A DNA stretch of 63,576 nt, the filler included, from Octopus bimaculoides (taxonomy: Eukaryota), in NCBI RefSeq assembly GCF_001194135.2. It is 4 parts of 3 records of this genome, joined end to end, with 100 filler letters (N's around TTAATTAATTAA, not from the genome) between each part and the next. Parts side by side here need not be neighbours in the genome. Positions count along the whole stretch, not along the records: positions 25,777 to 44,201 come from NC_068985.1; positions 44,302 to 58,861 come from NC_068985.1; 2 more parts are not named here. One strand, written 5' to 3'. This document shows positions 38,585-52,330 of the stretch, one piece after another. Numbering within the stretch: position 1 is the first letter of the stretch; every line of letters starts with the position of its first letter. Position numbers and translations under genes: made by a program. The notes below the pieces were generated by a model. That model did no database searches and was not told the origin of the DNA. It saw nothing but the letters and a program-made list of their open reading frames with translations.

Positions 38585-39538
38585 TTCAACTTTGTTTTTT
38601 TCGTTGTTCAAAAAAAAGTTCGTTTTCTGTCTTCGTCTTTGTTTTCGTTTCTCATTGTGTTTAACGTTTTTTTGTGATGTCCTGTACCCATATATGCATG
38701 TATGTATACATATAGATGTAGGTATGTACATATATGTATGGATATGTGCATATATTTATATATTATTTATATTATTATATGATCGAACGCCACGCACCCT
38801 TTTCCAAGTAAGTTTTATCTTAATAATTACTTTGTGCACTCTACTACTATTACTATCACTTCTCTGTCTATCTCTCTCCCTCTCTTGTTCTTCATCCTTT
38901 CTGTTTTTCTCTCCCACCCTTTCCCTATTCTTCTCTTCCTTTCACCATTCCCTCTCTTTCTCTCACTCTTCCTCCTTGACCCTCTCGTAGCTGACACGTA
39001 ACGAAAGGGATTCTTTCTTTCTATTTCCTGCCTTCCTATAGAGAAGACATGATTTTTTTTTGTTTGTCATTCACGTCTAACTAGCGTTTAAAATAATAAT
39101 TTTTCTATCGTCTTGGCGTAACAGCCCTTACCGTTTGTTTCCACTGCCTTGTTTTTACTGTCTTGTTCTCACTGTCCTGTTCCTGGTAACACTTTCACCC
39201 TCCGCAAAAAATACCAAATTTTATTTAATTTGCTTTGCGGGAAGGGCTGTTCCAATGAAGTCACGTATTGTCCTTGCCTTCAAAACACGGAGTAGATGGA
39301 CAGGGACAACTGATGAAGGGAAATATTCTTTATGTCGCATGTCTCGTTTCTCTGTTTTTTCATTGTTCAAAAAAAAAAGTTCGTTTTCTGTCTTCGTCTT
39401 TATGTTTTTGTTTCTTATTTTGTTTAACGTTTTTTTGTGATGTCCTGTACCCATATATGCATGTATGTATGCATCTAGATGTAGGTATGTACATATATGT
39501 ATGGATATATGCATATATTTATACATTATTTATGTTAT

Positions 39539-39545
<7 letters not shown>
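38585..39545 (+). mobile_element. Non-autonomous Penelope-like element with ~190-bp direct terminal repeats
   Basis: 38590-38780 is nearly identical to 39350-39545; half-hammerhead CTGATGA at 39310 precedes the right repeat. Confidence 0.55.
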
Positions 39546-39571
<26 letters not shown>

Positions 39572-39594
39572 GAGAGACCAAAGTGTACGTATGC

Positions 39595-39630
<36 letters not shown>

Positions 39631-40089
39631 NNNNNNNNNNNNNNNNNNNNNNNNNNNNNNNNNNNNNNNNNNNNNNNNNNNNNNNNNNNNNNNNNNNNNN
39701 NNNNNNNNNNNNNNNNNNNNNNNNNNNNNNNNNNNNNNNNNNNNNNNNNNNNNNNNNNNNNNNNNNNNNNNNNNNNATGGGACAAGAATGCAAAACATCC
39801 ATCTAGCCGATACAAAGAAAACAAGGACGGGTCATTCGGAGTTTTCTTTCCTCAGTCAAGTTCCTTATGTGGGTGTGTGTGTGTGGTTGTCTGTCTGTAT
39901 TACTTATGTATGTATGTATCTATCTATCTACTTACCTACCTACCTACCTACCTTCCTATTTACCTACTTGACTGCCTACTTACGAATGTACCTAAATATC
40001 TATACTCAGTGGGTGATATCTGTGTCATTGGGGTATATCTACTTTCTACATTTATTTCCTATTTAGTGAGTTAACATTTCATTTATGAG

Positions 40090-41060
40090 GACATACTCTT
40101 GTATTTGTCTTAGTGATGGGTTCTTTGAGTGCTTGGACAAAATGCAGATGTCAATTCAGCCTAGTGTGCCACCATGTTGGTCTTTGGCATGTGTTGATAG
40201 AGTACAGAAGACTGTTTCATTCTATTATCTCCAGTGCAGTTTAGCCTCCCTGCTGTACTCCTGGAAGTCACCTGAATGAATACCATCTTTCTGTCCTTAC
40301 AAACTCCTTCTATGCATCTTATGCTGTAGACTGCGTTTCTAATTTTACATTAGTGCATGTGGTATTTTTGAAGGAGTATGTCTTACATAATTGTGATTTG
40401 ATGGAGCTCCCTGGCTTCTCAATGATCTTAATGTTGAGTTTGATGCCCATTAGAGTCTTCCTAAATCTATGGGATGATTTTCCACGAGGTGTGACTTCTA
40501 TAAACATCACCCCTTGATATTTATCAACCCTGTACCATGTGTTCACTCTGCTTTGTCACAAACCCTCTGTATACTATTCCAGTCTTTACCTCTGCATCTA
40601 GGATAGGTACCACTGGGATCATTACATATGATGTTACCTAATTTCATTTTAGCTCTCCTGTATACATGAATCCTATCTTTCTGGTCATATTCAGAGAACT
40701 GCATGTGGCACATGAAGTTCTGTATATGTTTCCTTGTTTCATTGGTTTCATAGAGGGGACACATTATTCATTATTCTAAGTTAGCTATTAGTATGCTAAT
40801 TTTCATATTGTGTTACAAGGCTGAGTTCTTATGGAAAATGTATTTAGAAGCTATGGGTTTCATGTAATAGTAGTGGTGGAGCTGCATTCTATTGTTTACT
40901 ATCTCTAACCAATGTTCAGTATCAAGGACTGGGAGTCTCTTGTTAGGGTGCCTAGTGGGGTAATCTATAGTTACCTTGATACTTTGATAGATGGAATTTG
41001 CTATGTGCTGGATGCTCGCCATTATGCTTCTCTTGGTTTCTTCAGTACAGTCACATGGGG
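40090..41060 (-). mobile_element. Penelope-like element, RT C-terminus and GIY-YIG region, decayed
   Basis: SIKVTIDYPTRHPNKRLPVLD...YYMKPIASKY; MQFSEYDQKDR; VMFIEVTP...IKIIEKPG. Confidence 0.8.
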
Positions 41061-41208
41061 TTGTCCTAACTAGAGAATATTGATGTCATCTATATACCTA
41101 CAGTAAAGTATATGTACACACACACGCACTCCAGTTAATTATTGAACTGCAATATAACATAATACATAAAATACATATGTAGTTATTAATGCAGAAAATT
41201 AAAATTAC

Positions 41209-41277
41209 TATGAAATGTTACATGACATGAAGAAAATAGCTGTGATCTATAGAATTTTTTGATTCCATTGTCATCAT
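41209..41277 (-). CDS. Candidate internal exon
   Basis: aaatcaatttcag ... GTAATT; 69 nt, phase 1-1, DDNGIKKFYRSQLFSSCHVTFH. Confidence 0.4.
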
Positions 41278-41532
41278 CTGAAATTGATTTCAAGTTTGTT
41301 TTTTTTTTCTTATATATTCACTGATAAAACTTTGTAGAGTTTGAAATGCATTGAATTGTATTAGTGATATACATTTATTCTGATAACCACTGTTTACTGA
41401 TACTGTATAGAAGTTTTAAGAATTAGTGGAAAATTTGTAGGTAAAGTAGTCTCTGATGCTTTGTTGGCAATATCTCAGTTCTTCAAGTTTATATTTAGCT
41501 TTTATTAGTAGCTAATGAAGATCAACTCTTGC

Positions 41533-41563
<31 letters not shown>

Positions 41564-41664
41564 TATACATATGTATATTTTATAATTTATACATACAAGC
41601 ATATATATAAATACATATATATGCATTATATATTATACACACATATATATTATATATATATATA

Positions 41665-41708
<44 letters not shown>

Positions 41709-41749
41709 CGCCCCTACACACACACATGTGTGTATATTTATAGGAGAAT

Positions 41750-41880
41750 AAATATTAATAAAGGCTATTTATTATCAGATTATACTGATAGAAGGGTAAA
41801 TATTAATAATAGCAATTTATTATTATAGAATTCTTATTGAAAAGTAAATATTAATAAAGGCAATTTGTTATTATAGATCA
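41750..41880. repeat. Degenerate ~48-bp minisatellite, about 3 units
   Basis: AAATATTAATAA.GGC.ATTT.TTAT unit recurs three times. Confidence 0.75.
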
Positions 41881-43249
41881 TTTGATGTTTTATTACAAAC
41901 TTTAATTGCTAAAAATTCATGGAAAGTGTAATTGACAAAGTAATAGATTTACAACATACATATAAAACGCTGATTTTATTAGTTGTTGGGTCTCTACTTA
42001 ATATATTTATGCATTTTTCTATGTATGTAAAGAATCTCAATGTTTTCAATAAGCAATATTAAACGTTTTAGATGGTTTTTACCTAAGATAAAAATCTGTA
42101 TGAAAAATAAACAAAAAAGAAAAGTCAAAGTTAGCCATTAAATTGTATGTTGTAGTGTATTTAAATAGAAATCATTTACATACAAAGATTTAAAAAAAAA
42201 TTATGTTATTGATTTATGTACATAAAAGAATCAATTGTGTGTTTTTGACCAACTTCAATTTTTAAAATGCTCTGCTAAAATGGAGAAAAATGTAACAAAA
42301 ACTTCCTTATACATAAAATATGTTTTATTATTTTTTATTCCCCTCCAATAATGGAACAGACATGAATGCAGACTAAATTGCCTTCAGTTAGAAAGTATAT
42401 AGCAAGAAAGTTTCTATTAGTAAATGTTTTTTTTTTATGCTAGCAATAGCATGCCCAATTGATGCCATTAGCAATTGCTATTAATTCTGACTCTCAACAA
42501 TTTATTCCTGATATGTTTATGTTCTTTGCATCCAAGATGTTAACAACTGTATTGAAGATATAGTTCCACCATCATTAGAAATTATATTTATTTTAGTGAC
42601 AGATTTATCCAGTGATTCATCAAAATAGTAACCTAATGAATTGTGCATTGCTTTAAGCAATCTCTAAATATCAATGTATGTCAGTGTGTGTAGCAAACAA
42701 TCATATGCACAGATATATGCATCCTATAGTTGTTGTAAGTATGGCTTGTGTAAGTGGCATCATAGCCAGGCGTGCGTAAGGCAGGCCTCAAATTGCTGTG
42801 GGTATGAGACACCTTCGAAGAATATAAAATAATGATATCCATAGACCAGGGTTTTGTTTGTCAATTTTCTGTAATATTCCTAATTTTTACTGTTCTCTAT
42901 TGTTTTAAATCCCTGCTGCACATCTGCATATTTTCATGCAGGCATCCTACTGTTTAATGAGTCCCAAGGTAGATGAGTAAATATTGCAGCAAGCATTTTA
43001 CATTTAAGAACAATGCATTTCATTGATTGAAGTTAGCAAAATTAATAGTTTTATGCACATAGATAACTGTGATTTATGCTGCCTAATTGTCAAAGGCAAC
43101 TCTGTAATATTTCACTGAATAAGTTTATACTTTAGAATGTATCCCAGGTGGTTCTGCTTAATATTTATTCATTTATTTATTTTACAAATAATTTCCTTTA
43201 AACATGATAGAATATATGTATGTATATATGTATGCATGTATGTATGTGT

Positions 43250-43299
<50 letters not shown>

Positions 43300-43321
43300 C
43301 TACAGATATATATGTATGTGT

Positions 43322-43355
<34 letters not shown>

Positions 43356-43358
43356 GTT

Positions 43359-43417
<59 letters not shown>

Positions 43418-43719
43418 CGAGGGAGATAGGGAGATAGATAGATGCTTGTCTATAAAATTTATTATTTATTTAATGATAATTATTTCTGAGGCAGAGTTTT
43501 CATGTGCTAAATGGGAGTTGATAAGTTATGCATTTTTAGAAGTATGAGGTAATAGACTGTAGTCATAACATGACTGTTTTTTCACAGATAAATGAATATT
43601 TTAAATAGCATAAGTCTCTGATAAATACCCATTGTCTAACCTATTTTCTAAATTTACTTTTAATCATGATTCTTACATTTAAAAGATAATAATTATGGAT
43701 TTAGAACTAACAAACTTAG

Positions 43720-43920
43720 GCTACATCATCATCATCATTATTGTCATCATCATCATTGTCATCGTCACCACTATAATTGTCACTGACATTGTTGTTATTT
43801 TAATATCCACTTTCACATGCTTGCATGAGTCAAGTGAAATTCATCGAGGTAGATTTTCTATGGGTGGATTCCTTTTTCATTTTTCACAAACACTTCCTTG
43901 CTTACAAGTAAGGTAGTTTT
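43720..43920 (-). mobile_element. SINE family D 3' part
   Basis: TAATATCCACTTTCACATGCTTGCATGAG...; homologous to 14200-14410. Confidence 0.65.
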
Positions 43921-44162
43921 TTTTCCATGTGTTGTCCTTTGAACACAAACAGCACAGTGGCTGGACATGTTTTAATGGAAGATTGCAAATGAATGACACT
44001 GCTTGTTTGATGGCAATATTTGTTTACAATTAGGGTGCAACCTTAAGACAAAAAGCTAAGAACTCAAAGTCACACATCCACAGAAATATATACACATATC
44101 TATATGTATGTGTGTATACATTATAGGTGTAATTATATAAATAATATATTCATCTCTCTCTC

Positions 44163-44201
<39 letters not shown>

Positions 44202-44301
44202 NNNNNNNNNNNNNNNNNNNNNNNNNNNNNNNNNNNNNNNNNNNNTTAATTAATTAANNNNNNNNNNNNNNNNNNNNNNNNNNNNNNNNNNNNNNNNNNN
44301 N

Positions 44302-44885
44302 AGTTGAACGAAGAAAAACTTGAGCTCATTCACTTTGGAAAATAGGGCACACTCAAACAACCATATACACTAGCGTCGGGAGACCTACTTGAACTGTCGG
44401 ATAATATCAGAGACTTAGGTGTAACTGTCGACAGCAACCTTAGCTGGAGTGCGTACATTAACAAAAAAGTTGATGTTGTCCGCAGAATGTGGTCATGGAT
44501 CCTCAGGACTTTTCAATCTAGGGATCATGAGACCACCATCCTTCTCGTCTCTACATTCGCTAGGCCCCACCTCGGATACTGCTGCCCATTTTGGTCCCTT
44601 CCAGAAAACAAGACATAATGAGGATCGAAGCGCCACAAAGATCAATCACTAAAAAAAAATAAATTGCATGATAGGATTTGATTATTGGGCTCGACTTAAA
44701 CAACTGAAACTATATTCTCTTTTCAGTGATATCCCGAAAGAAATTAAAGTACCTGGACAAATTCCTCTAGGAAATACCGGATAAACCACCTACACCTGGA
44801 TACGTCTCAACCAACAACAACTCTGCCTGAGTGGTCCATGGAGTCCCGAAATAATTGACTAAAAGACTTTTCCAGGTAGTGCTAT
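44302..44885 (+). mobile_element. CR1/L2-type LINE 3' fragment
   Basis: LNEEKLELIHFG...IRDLGVTVDSNLSW...FARPHLGYCCPFWS...YWARLKQLKLYSL...EIPDKPPTPGY. Confidence 0.85.
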
Positions 44886-44935
44886 TGATATATATATATA
44901 TATATATATATAATAACAACAACAACAACAACAAC

Positions 44936-44984
<49 letters not shown>

Positions 44985-45966
44985 GCCCGGATGTAGTACC
45001 AGGCAATGGCTCTCATGGCTTCTGATCTTAACTGATTGCAAGTGTTATCATGTACATTGTTTTGTCTTGGTATAAAAGATGGGCTACAGCAAATATTCTG
45101 NNNNNNNNNNNNNNNNNNNNNNNNNNNNNNNNNNNNNNNNNNNNNNNNNNNNNNNNNNNNNNNNNNNNNNNNNNNNNNNNNNNNNNNNNNNNNNNNNNNN
45201 NNNNNNNNNNNNNNNNNNNNNNNNNNNNNNNNNNNNNNNNNNNNNNNNNNNNNNNNNNNNNNNNNNNNNNNNNNNNNNNNNNNNNNNNNNNNNNNNNNNN
45301 NNNNNNNNNNNNNNNNNNNNNNNNNNNNNNNNNNNNNNNNNNNNNNNNNNNNNNNNNNNNNNNNNNNNNNNNNNNNNNNNNNNNNNNNNNNNNNNNNNNN
45401 NNNNNNNNNNNNNNNNNNNNNNNNNNNNNNNNNNNNNNNNNNNNNNNNNNNNNNNNNNNNNNNNNNNNNNNNNNNNNNNNNNNNNNNNNNNNNNNNNNNN
45501 NNNNNNNNNNNNNNNNNNNNNNNNNNNNNNNNNNNNNNNNNNNNNNNNNNNNNNNNNNNNNNNNNNNNNNNNNNNNNNNNNNNNNNNNNNNNNNNNNNNN
45601 NNNNNNNNNNNNNNNNNNNNNNNNNNNNNNNNNNNNNNNNNNNNNNNNNNNNNNNNNNNNNNNNNNNNNNNNNNNNNNNNNNNNNNNNNNNNNNNNNNNN
45701 NNNNNNNNNNNNNNNNNNNNNNNNNNNNNNNNNNNNNNNNNNNNNNNNNNNNNNNNNNNNNNNNNNNNNNNNNNNNNNNNNNNNNNNNNNNNNNNNNNNN
45801 NNNNNNNNNNNNNNNNNNNNNNNNNNNNNNNNNNNNNNNNNNNNNNNNNNNNNNNNNNNNNNNNNNNNNNNNNNNNNNNNNNNNNNNNNNNNNNNNNNNN
45901 NNNNNNNNNNNNNNNNNNNNNNNNNNNNNNNNNNNNNATATATATATATATATATATAAATATATG

Positions 45967-47197
45967 CAGGTTGCATAAGGTAGTTGAAGACATACCTTTC
46001 TTGCGTCATTGTTGCATTTTTGCTAACTCTGTATAATCTTTGTTTCAGAAAATAATAATGGCAGATCCTCAGCTTACTAAAGAAATGAAGAGGCATAGTT
46101 ATAGTGGTTATAAAAGCTGAGCATAGCGATTTAGAAATATCTCGATTTTTAAAAGTTGCCAGATCTTTCGTCTACAAAGTTTGCAGGGAGTTAGAGACTG
46201 AAGACGGAAACGTATCACCAGTATCAAAGCATAGAAAGCATTCTAAAAGCTCTGAAATCATCAGAACACCTGAATTTATCCACCAAGTTCAACAGACCAT
46301 TGATTACAACTCCAGAAAGTCCATGAGGTCAATTGTAAAAGATCTCCATGTCTCAGATGGAACAGTCATAAATGTTGTCCACGAAGAGATGAGATATGTC
46401 TTTTATGATAAGTAAAGTTCAATTTGTCAGAAAAAGCAAAAGAAAATCACTACATCAGATCTAAAAGGCTCTGAAAACAAACAGAAAAGTTCAGCAGCAG
46501 ATTTGATTTGGTTTTTCTCAAACGAGAAAAACTTCGACCATGATCGACAAGTTAACGGAAGAAATGACAGATGGTTATGTGCAGACCCCTCTGAAGTTCC
46601 AAATGCTTTGCATGCAAAATTTCCTGCAACTGTCATGGTTTTAGGGGTTGTCATCGATGAAGGACATGTAATGCCTCCTTACTTCTTTCCACAACGCCTC
46701 AGAGTTAACTCTGCCACCTACACTGAGGTCCTGGAAACAATTGCTAAACACTGGGTAGACAGTGTATGCAATGGCAGGCCATATGTGTTTTCAGTAAGAC
46801 TCTGCACTATCACACATGATTATAGTAACACAAGAATGGATAGCTGAAAATTTTCATGATCACATAACTCCTAACATTTGACCTCCTAATTCCCCAGATC
46901 TCAATCTATTGGATCGGTACAGTGAAATGCCCATAACTCCAAAGATTCTTTGAAGGCGGCCATAGTCAGAGTAATGTCCAAAATGAACTGGGACCACTTG
47001 ATTCAAGCATATAGATGATTTAGATTTCATATAGAAGCAGTTGTTGAAGTTGAAGGTGGCTTTATTGAATAACATTATAGAAAAGAAAGTTTATTTTTAT
47101 CCTCATAGCATTTTGTGATAAATAAAGTTATTATCTATTATTATATATCTGCTTTTTTTTTATAACCATAAATCTGTCTTCAAATATCTTATGCACC

Positions 47198-47200
<3 letters not shown>
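45967..47200 (+). mobile_element. maT (DD37D) Tc1/mariner-superfamily transposon, full length, inactive
   Basis: Imperfect TIRs CAGG.TGCATAAG.TA.TTGAAGACA; FSNEK, FQ*DSALSH and PPNSPDLNLLD with 37 residues between the 2nd and 3rd Asp; stops and frameshifts. Confidence 0.9.
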
Positions 47201-47243
<43 letters not shown>

Positions 47244-47896
47244 NNNNNNNNNNNNNNNNNNNNNNNNNNNNNNNNNNNNNNNNNNNNNNNNNNNNNNNNN
47301 NNNNNNNNNNNNNNNNNNNNNNNNNNNNNNNNNNNNNNNNNNNNNNNNNNNNNNNNNNNNNNNNNNNNNNNNNNNNNNNNNNNNNNNNNNNNNNNNNNNN
47401 NNNNNNNNNNNNNNNNNNNNNNNNNNNNNNNNNNNNNNNNNNNNNNNNNNNNNNNNNNNNNNNNNNNNNNNNNNNNNNNNNNNNNNNNNNNNNNNNNNNN
47501 NNNNNNNNNNNNNNNNNNNNNNNNNNNNNNNNNNNNNNNNNNNNNNNNNNNNNNNNNNNNNNNNNNNNNNNNNNNNNNNNNNNNNNNNNNNNNNNNNNNN
47601 NNNNNNNNNNNNNNNNNNNNNNNNNNNNNNNNNNNNNNNNNNNNNNNNNNNNNNNNNNNNNNNNNNNNNNNNNNNNNNNNNNNNNNNNNNNNNNNNNNNN
47701 NNNNNNNNNNNNNNNNNCCATGCTTGCGCTTGTGCATTGTTAATAAAACTAATTGATTTCTATGCAAATCTCACTAATCTTAACTATAATACATAATCCC
47801 TTTCAAACTTTCCTTTCGATGAGAGTAATTCTTTTTTTTTTTTCTTTTTTGTCCTGCATCTCCAGTGTGGGTCGAAGTCTATGCGATTGAGAGAGG

Positions 47897-47966
<70 letters not shown>

Positions 47967-47979
47967 CGATACTTTAGAC

Positions 47980-48211
47980 CAGTGTTTCTCAACCATTTTT
48001 TAACCTATGGACCCATTGTATTTCTATTATACTAGGATGTATCCTCCTAGTCATTCGGTGTTTAAAAGATCCTAGGGTTAGTACAAAAAGTCTTTGTGTT
48101 TTTAAATTTTGTATATTGTAGAAGTATAACTAATTTGTTGGAGATAAATTTTAACAGCAATAATCTTGTATGGGCTCCAATAGCCATATGGACGCCGAGT
48201 AAGAACCGCTG
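47980..48211. mobile_element. hAT/Charlie-like MITE
   Basis: Imperfect TIRs CAGTGTTTCTCAACC / GAGTAAGAACCGCTG; TSD not evident. Confidence 0.55.
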
Positions 48212-48419
48212 TGCACGACCATCAACGATTACTGTCTAACATTTGTAAAGAGAGATAAATATGTTTGAGAGTTATGTCCCTTTGTTCGTTAGCAGTTTAC
48301 ATCTAAACTGTTTACACGCAAATAGGTGAGGGAAGAACTTCATTGCCATGTATGTATGTATGTATATACACACTCACGCGCACAAGCACAAACACAAACA
48401 CACACACACGCACACACAC

Positions 48420-48459
<40 letters not shown>

Positions 48460-48569
48460 GCACGCATGCACACACACACACACTCGCACAAGTATACATA
48501 CATACATAACAACCGTACACGCGCGCGCACACACACACACACACATATGTACATATATGCATACATATG

Positions 48570-48820
48570 TGGAAGCGCGTGGATTAATGGTTAGAGTGTC
48601 AGCATCATGATCGTACGATTGTGGTTTCGATTCCTGAACCGAGCGATGCGTTGTGTTCTTGAGCAAAACACTTCATTTCACGTCTCTCCAGTCCACTCAG
48701 CTGCCAAAAATGAGTGACGCCGTGATGGACTGGCGTCCCGTCCAGCTGGGGAACACATACGCCATTGAAACCGGGAAACCGGGTCCATGAGCCTGGTTAG
48801 GCTTTAAAAGGGCGCATTTA
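48570..48820 (+). mobile_element. SINE with B-type head and an alternative tail
   Basis: TAATGGTTAGAGTG...GGTTTCGATTCC...CTTGAGCAAAACACTT...GGACTGGCGTCCCGTCCAG; second copy at 56045-56260. Confidence 0.8.
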
Positions 48821-48984
48821 TTTATTTTATTTTTATACATATATATAAAAGCTGGAGGTGGAAATAGCACACAAGTAAGTCTAAGGCATTTCAGTTCAAG
48901 AGGGAATTTAATAAAAAAAAATGATTAAAAAAAAAATATATATAAAGAAAATATTACCGATTTCGATGAATCTCATCAAATATC

Positions 48985-49375
48985 TCTTACTCTTTACTTG
49001 ACTGTGGTCATGCTGGAGCACCGCTTTTACTCGAGCAAATCGACCCCAGGACTTATTCTCTGTAAGCCTAGTACTTATTCTATCAGCCCCTTTTGCCGAA
49101 CCGCTAAGTTACGGGGATATAAACACACCAGCATCGGTTGTCAAACGATGTTGAGAGGACAAACACAGACACACAAACACACACACACATATATATATAT
49201 ATACATATATACGACGGGCTTCTTACAGTTTCCGTGTACCAAATCCACTCACAAGGCTTTGGTCGGCCCGAGGCTATAGTAGAAGACACTTGCCCGAGGT
49301 GCCACGCAGTGGGATTGAACCCAGAACCATGTGGTTGGTAAGCAAGCTACTTACCACACAGCCACTCCTACGCCT
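48985..49375 (-). mobile_element. SINE family A, young full-length copy
   Basis: CpGs retained; all modules present. Confidence 0.9.
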
Positions 49376-49599
49376 ATCAGTAAAACTTTATAAAAATTTG
49401 AAGTAAAAACAGTTTATCTTCGGTTCGGGGTTCAAGAACATATCTGGAGATTTTTCGTTACAGTCTTCTTTAAATATAGTTTGGTATAGAGTTCAAAGTG
49501 TTAGAGAGTGAGAGAAGGTGTATATATATGTACATACATACACGTACCTTATACACGAGACATACATATTTATCACTCATATTTATACATATATAAACG

Positions 49600-49745
49600 C
49601 GTGGCTGTGTGGTATGAAATTTTATTCCTAGGTACATGGCTCTTTCTGTGTGACACCTCGAGCAACTTTCTTTCACGATAGCCTCGGCCGGACCAGAGCT
49701 TTGTGAGAGGGTTTGGTAGACGGAAACTGAAAGAAGCCCGTCGTA
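49600..49745 (+). mobile_element. SINE family A head
   Basis: Homology to other heads in the window. Confidence 0.75.
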
Positions 49746-49760
49746 TATGGGTGCGCACGA

Positions 49761-49791
<31 letters not shown>

Positions 49792-50017
49792 TTATGTGAA
49801 AGTCAATGTCTTTATGTGTGTTCGTGTGTTACTTATAAATTCGAAATCTACTGCACCGACCCTAATGAAATTTGGAACACAAAATGCAAGCCTAGGGAGA
49901 AGGATAATGCTGTGTGTTTCATACAATTTCATGGACCAAAATTACTGAACGGTATCGGTTGCGTGTATGTGTCTAAATATATATATATATATATATATAT
50001 ATGAATATATGTATGTA

Positions 50018-50049
<32 letters not shown>

Positions 50050-50149
50050 ACTCTATCTCTATCTATCTATCTGATTGTACATATGTGATTTTATATATAC
50101 ACGCACAGGTTCGCATAAAAAAGTATACACACCGTGTGTGTGTGAGCGC

Positions 50150-50283
50150 ATGCATGCATACATACATACATACATACATACATTCACACAAACATACGTG
50201 CATACATACATGCATACATACACACACATACTTATATATACATACATATATAAACACATACATATATATATATATATACATTC

Positions 50284-50322
<39 letters not shown>

Positions 50323-50490
50323 CATATATATATACATACATACATACATTCACACATACATACATACATACATACATACATACGTACATACATACATACA
50401 TACATACTTACGTACGTACATTCGTACATACATACATACATACATACATACATACATACATACATACATACACACATACATACGTACATA
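50150..50490. repeat. (ACAT)n/(AT)n microsatellite
   Basis: Visible tandem units. Confidence 0.95.
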
Positions 50491-52330
50491 GAAAATTGCT
50501 GAGTACCTTGTTTGAAAATTATTTATAAACCAAACCGGGTTGAAACACTTAACATTTCGCTGTTTGATGATTGCCTTTCAAAACAGACCCTACAAAACGA
50601 GGTTAAAAAGTTATATTTGGAGATATTCGACGACGCTGGCTTTTTTTTTTCACTCTGTCCTTCTTTCTGTTCGTTTATCCATGTTTATATATCAGTGTAA
50701 AGGAATACGCAAGGAAGGAACCCGCAGCTGTTGAGAATCCGTATGGGGCCCAGCTGTTGAGAATGCAGAGTTATGGTTCTTAGGTGGTACTGTTGAATGC
50801 CATCCATAACGGCACATGCAGCGTCTTGGGCTGAGAAACGATGTAGGGGGCGGACACAGGTGTTTTGAGAAAACGTGTGCGGTTATGTGTGTTGCATATG
50901 TATGTATGTATGTATGTACACTTACGCACATACACGCACATATATATATATATATATATATANNNNNNNNNNNNNNNNNNNNNNNNNNNNNNNNNNNNNN
51001 NNNNNNNNNNNNNNNNNNNNNNNNNNNNNNNNNNNNNNNNNNNNNNNNNNNNNNNNNNNNNNNNNNNNNNNNNNNNNNNNNNNNNNNNNNNNNNNNNNNN
51101 NNNNNNNNNNNNNNNNNNNNNNNNNNNNNNNNNNNNNNNNNNNNNNNNNNNNNNNNNNNNNNNNNNNNNNNNNNNNNNNNNNNNNNNNNNNNNNNNNNNN
51201 NNNNNNNNNNNNNNNNNNNNNNNNNNNNNNNNNNNNNNNNNNNNNNNNNNNNNNNNNNNNNNNNNNNNNNNNNNNNNNNNNNNNNNNNNNNNNNNNNNNN
51301 NNNNNNNNNNNNNNNNNNNNNNNNNNNNNNNNNNNNNNNNNNNNNNNNNNNNNNNNNNNNNNNNNNNNNNNNNNNNNNNNNNNNNNNNNNNNNNNNNNNN
51401 NNNNNNNNNNNNNNNNNNNNNNNNNNNNNNNNNNNNNNNNNNNNNNNNNNNNNNNNNNNNNNNNNNNNNNNNNNNNNNNNNNNNNNNNNNNNNNNNNNNN
51501 NNNNNNNNNNNNNNNNNNNNNNNNNNNNNNNNNNNNNNNNNNNNNNNNNNNNNNNNNNNNNNNNNNNNNNNNNNNNNNNNNNATATATATATATATATAG
51601 TTAAAAAGGGGTTAAAAATGTATACAAATTAAAAATGCTGGAAACAGCACGAATGTATGTTTTAAGATCATTTGGCAATCCTATACATATGAGCTCCACT
51701 GACTTTGTTGCCTCATAACTTCTAGAAAAATGGGTATGTTTGTTTTTATAAGACTTCTTACAAATACACTTCAGATTTCATAAATTCCGATTATGACGGA
51801 ATATGTGGTGACAAATTTTTTTCCGAGGAGTGAGTGGGGTCAGGAGTTTCGGAAAATTCACACGAGACGGTTTCTTTACTCATAACATTCAGAAAAATGA
51901 GTAATTTCATAATGAAATTTTCTATAAATACCTTCCAGCGCGTGTAGATTACGATTATATTGGAATTTAATATGAAACACACACACACAAAAAAGAAGAA
52001 GAAGAAGATTGTTGCACTCGTACTCATATGTACTGACACACATCACGCATATATATATATATATATACGAAATGTAACACGAAATTTTGATAAAGATTGT
52101 AGTATATGTTAGTATGTGTGCGTGTGTGCTCGCTATTTTTCTTTTCACATCAAATTCCGATATAATCGTAATTTACTCCCTCGCAGAATATTACATTATT
52201 CCTATTCACCTATCGCATTATATTCCTCCACTTTTAGTTTTCTGCTAATTTCTTTCTTCCTCCTCCTTCTGTTTCTATAAATTAGCTTTGATGTAATATC
52301 TATTAACGGTTTTTAAAAAAAATAACTTAC

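Noticed and set aside
51794-51829. Plus-strand MTEYVVTNFFPR followed by a GTGAGT donor
   Set aside because: The resemblance to the Ras N-terminus is superficial (no P-loop) and no downstream exons were found.
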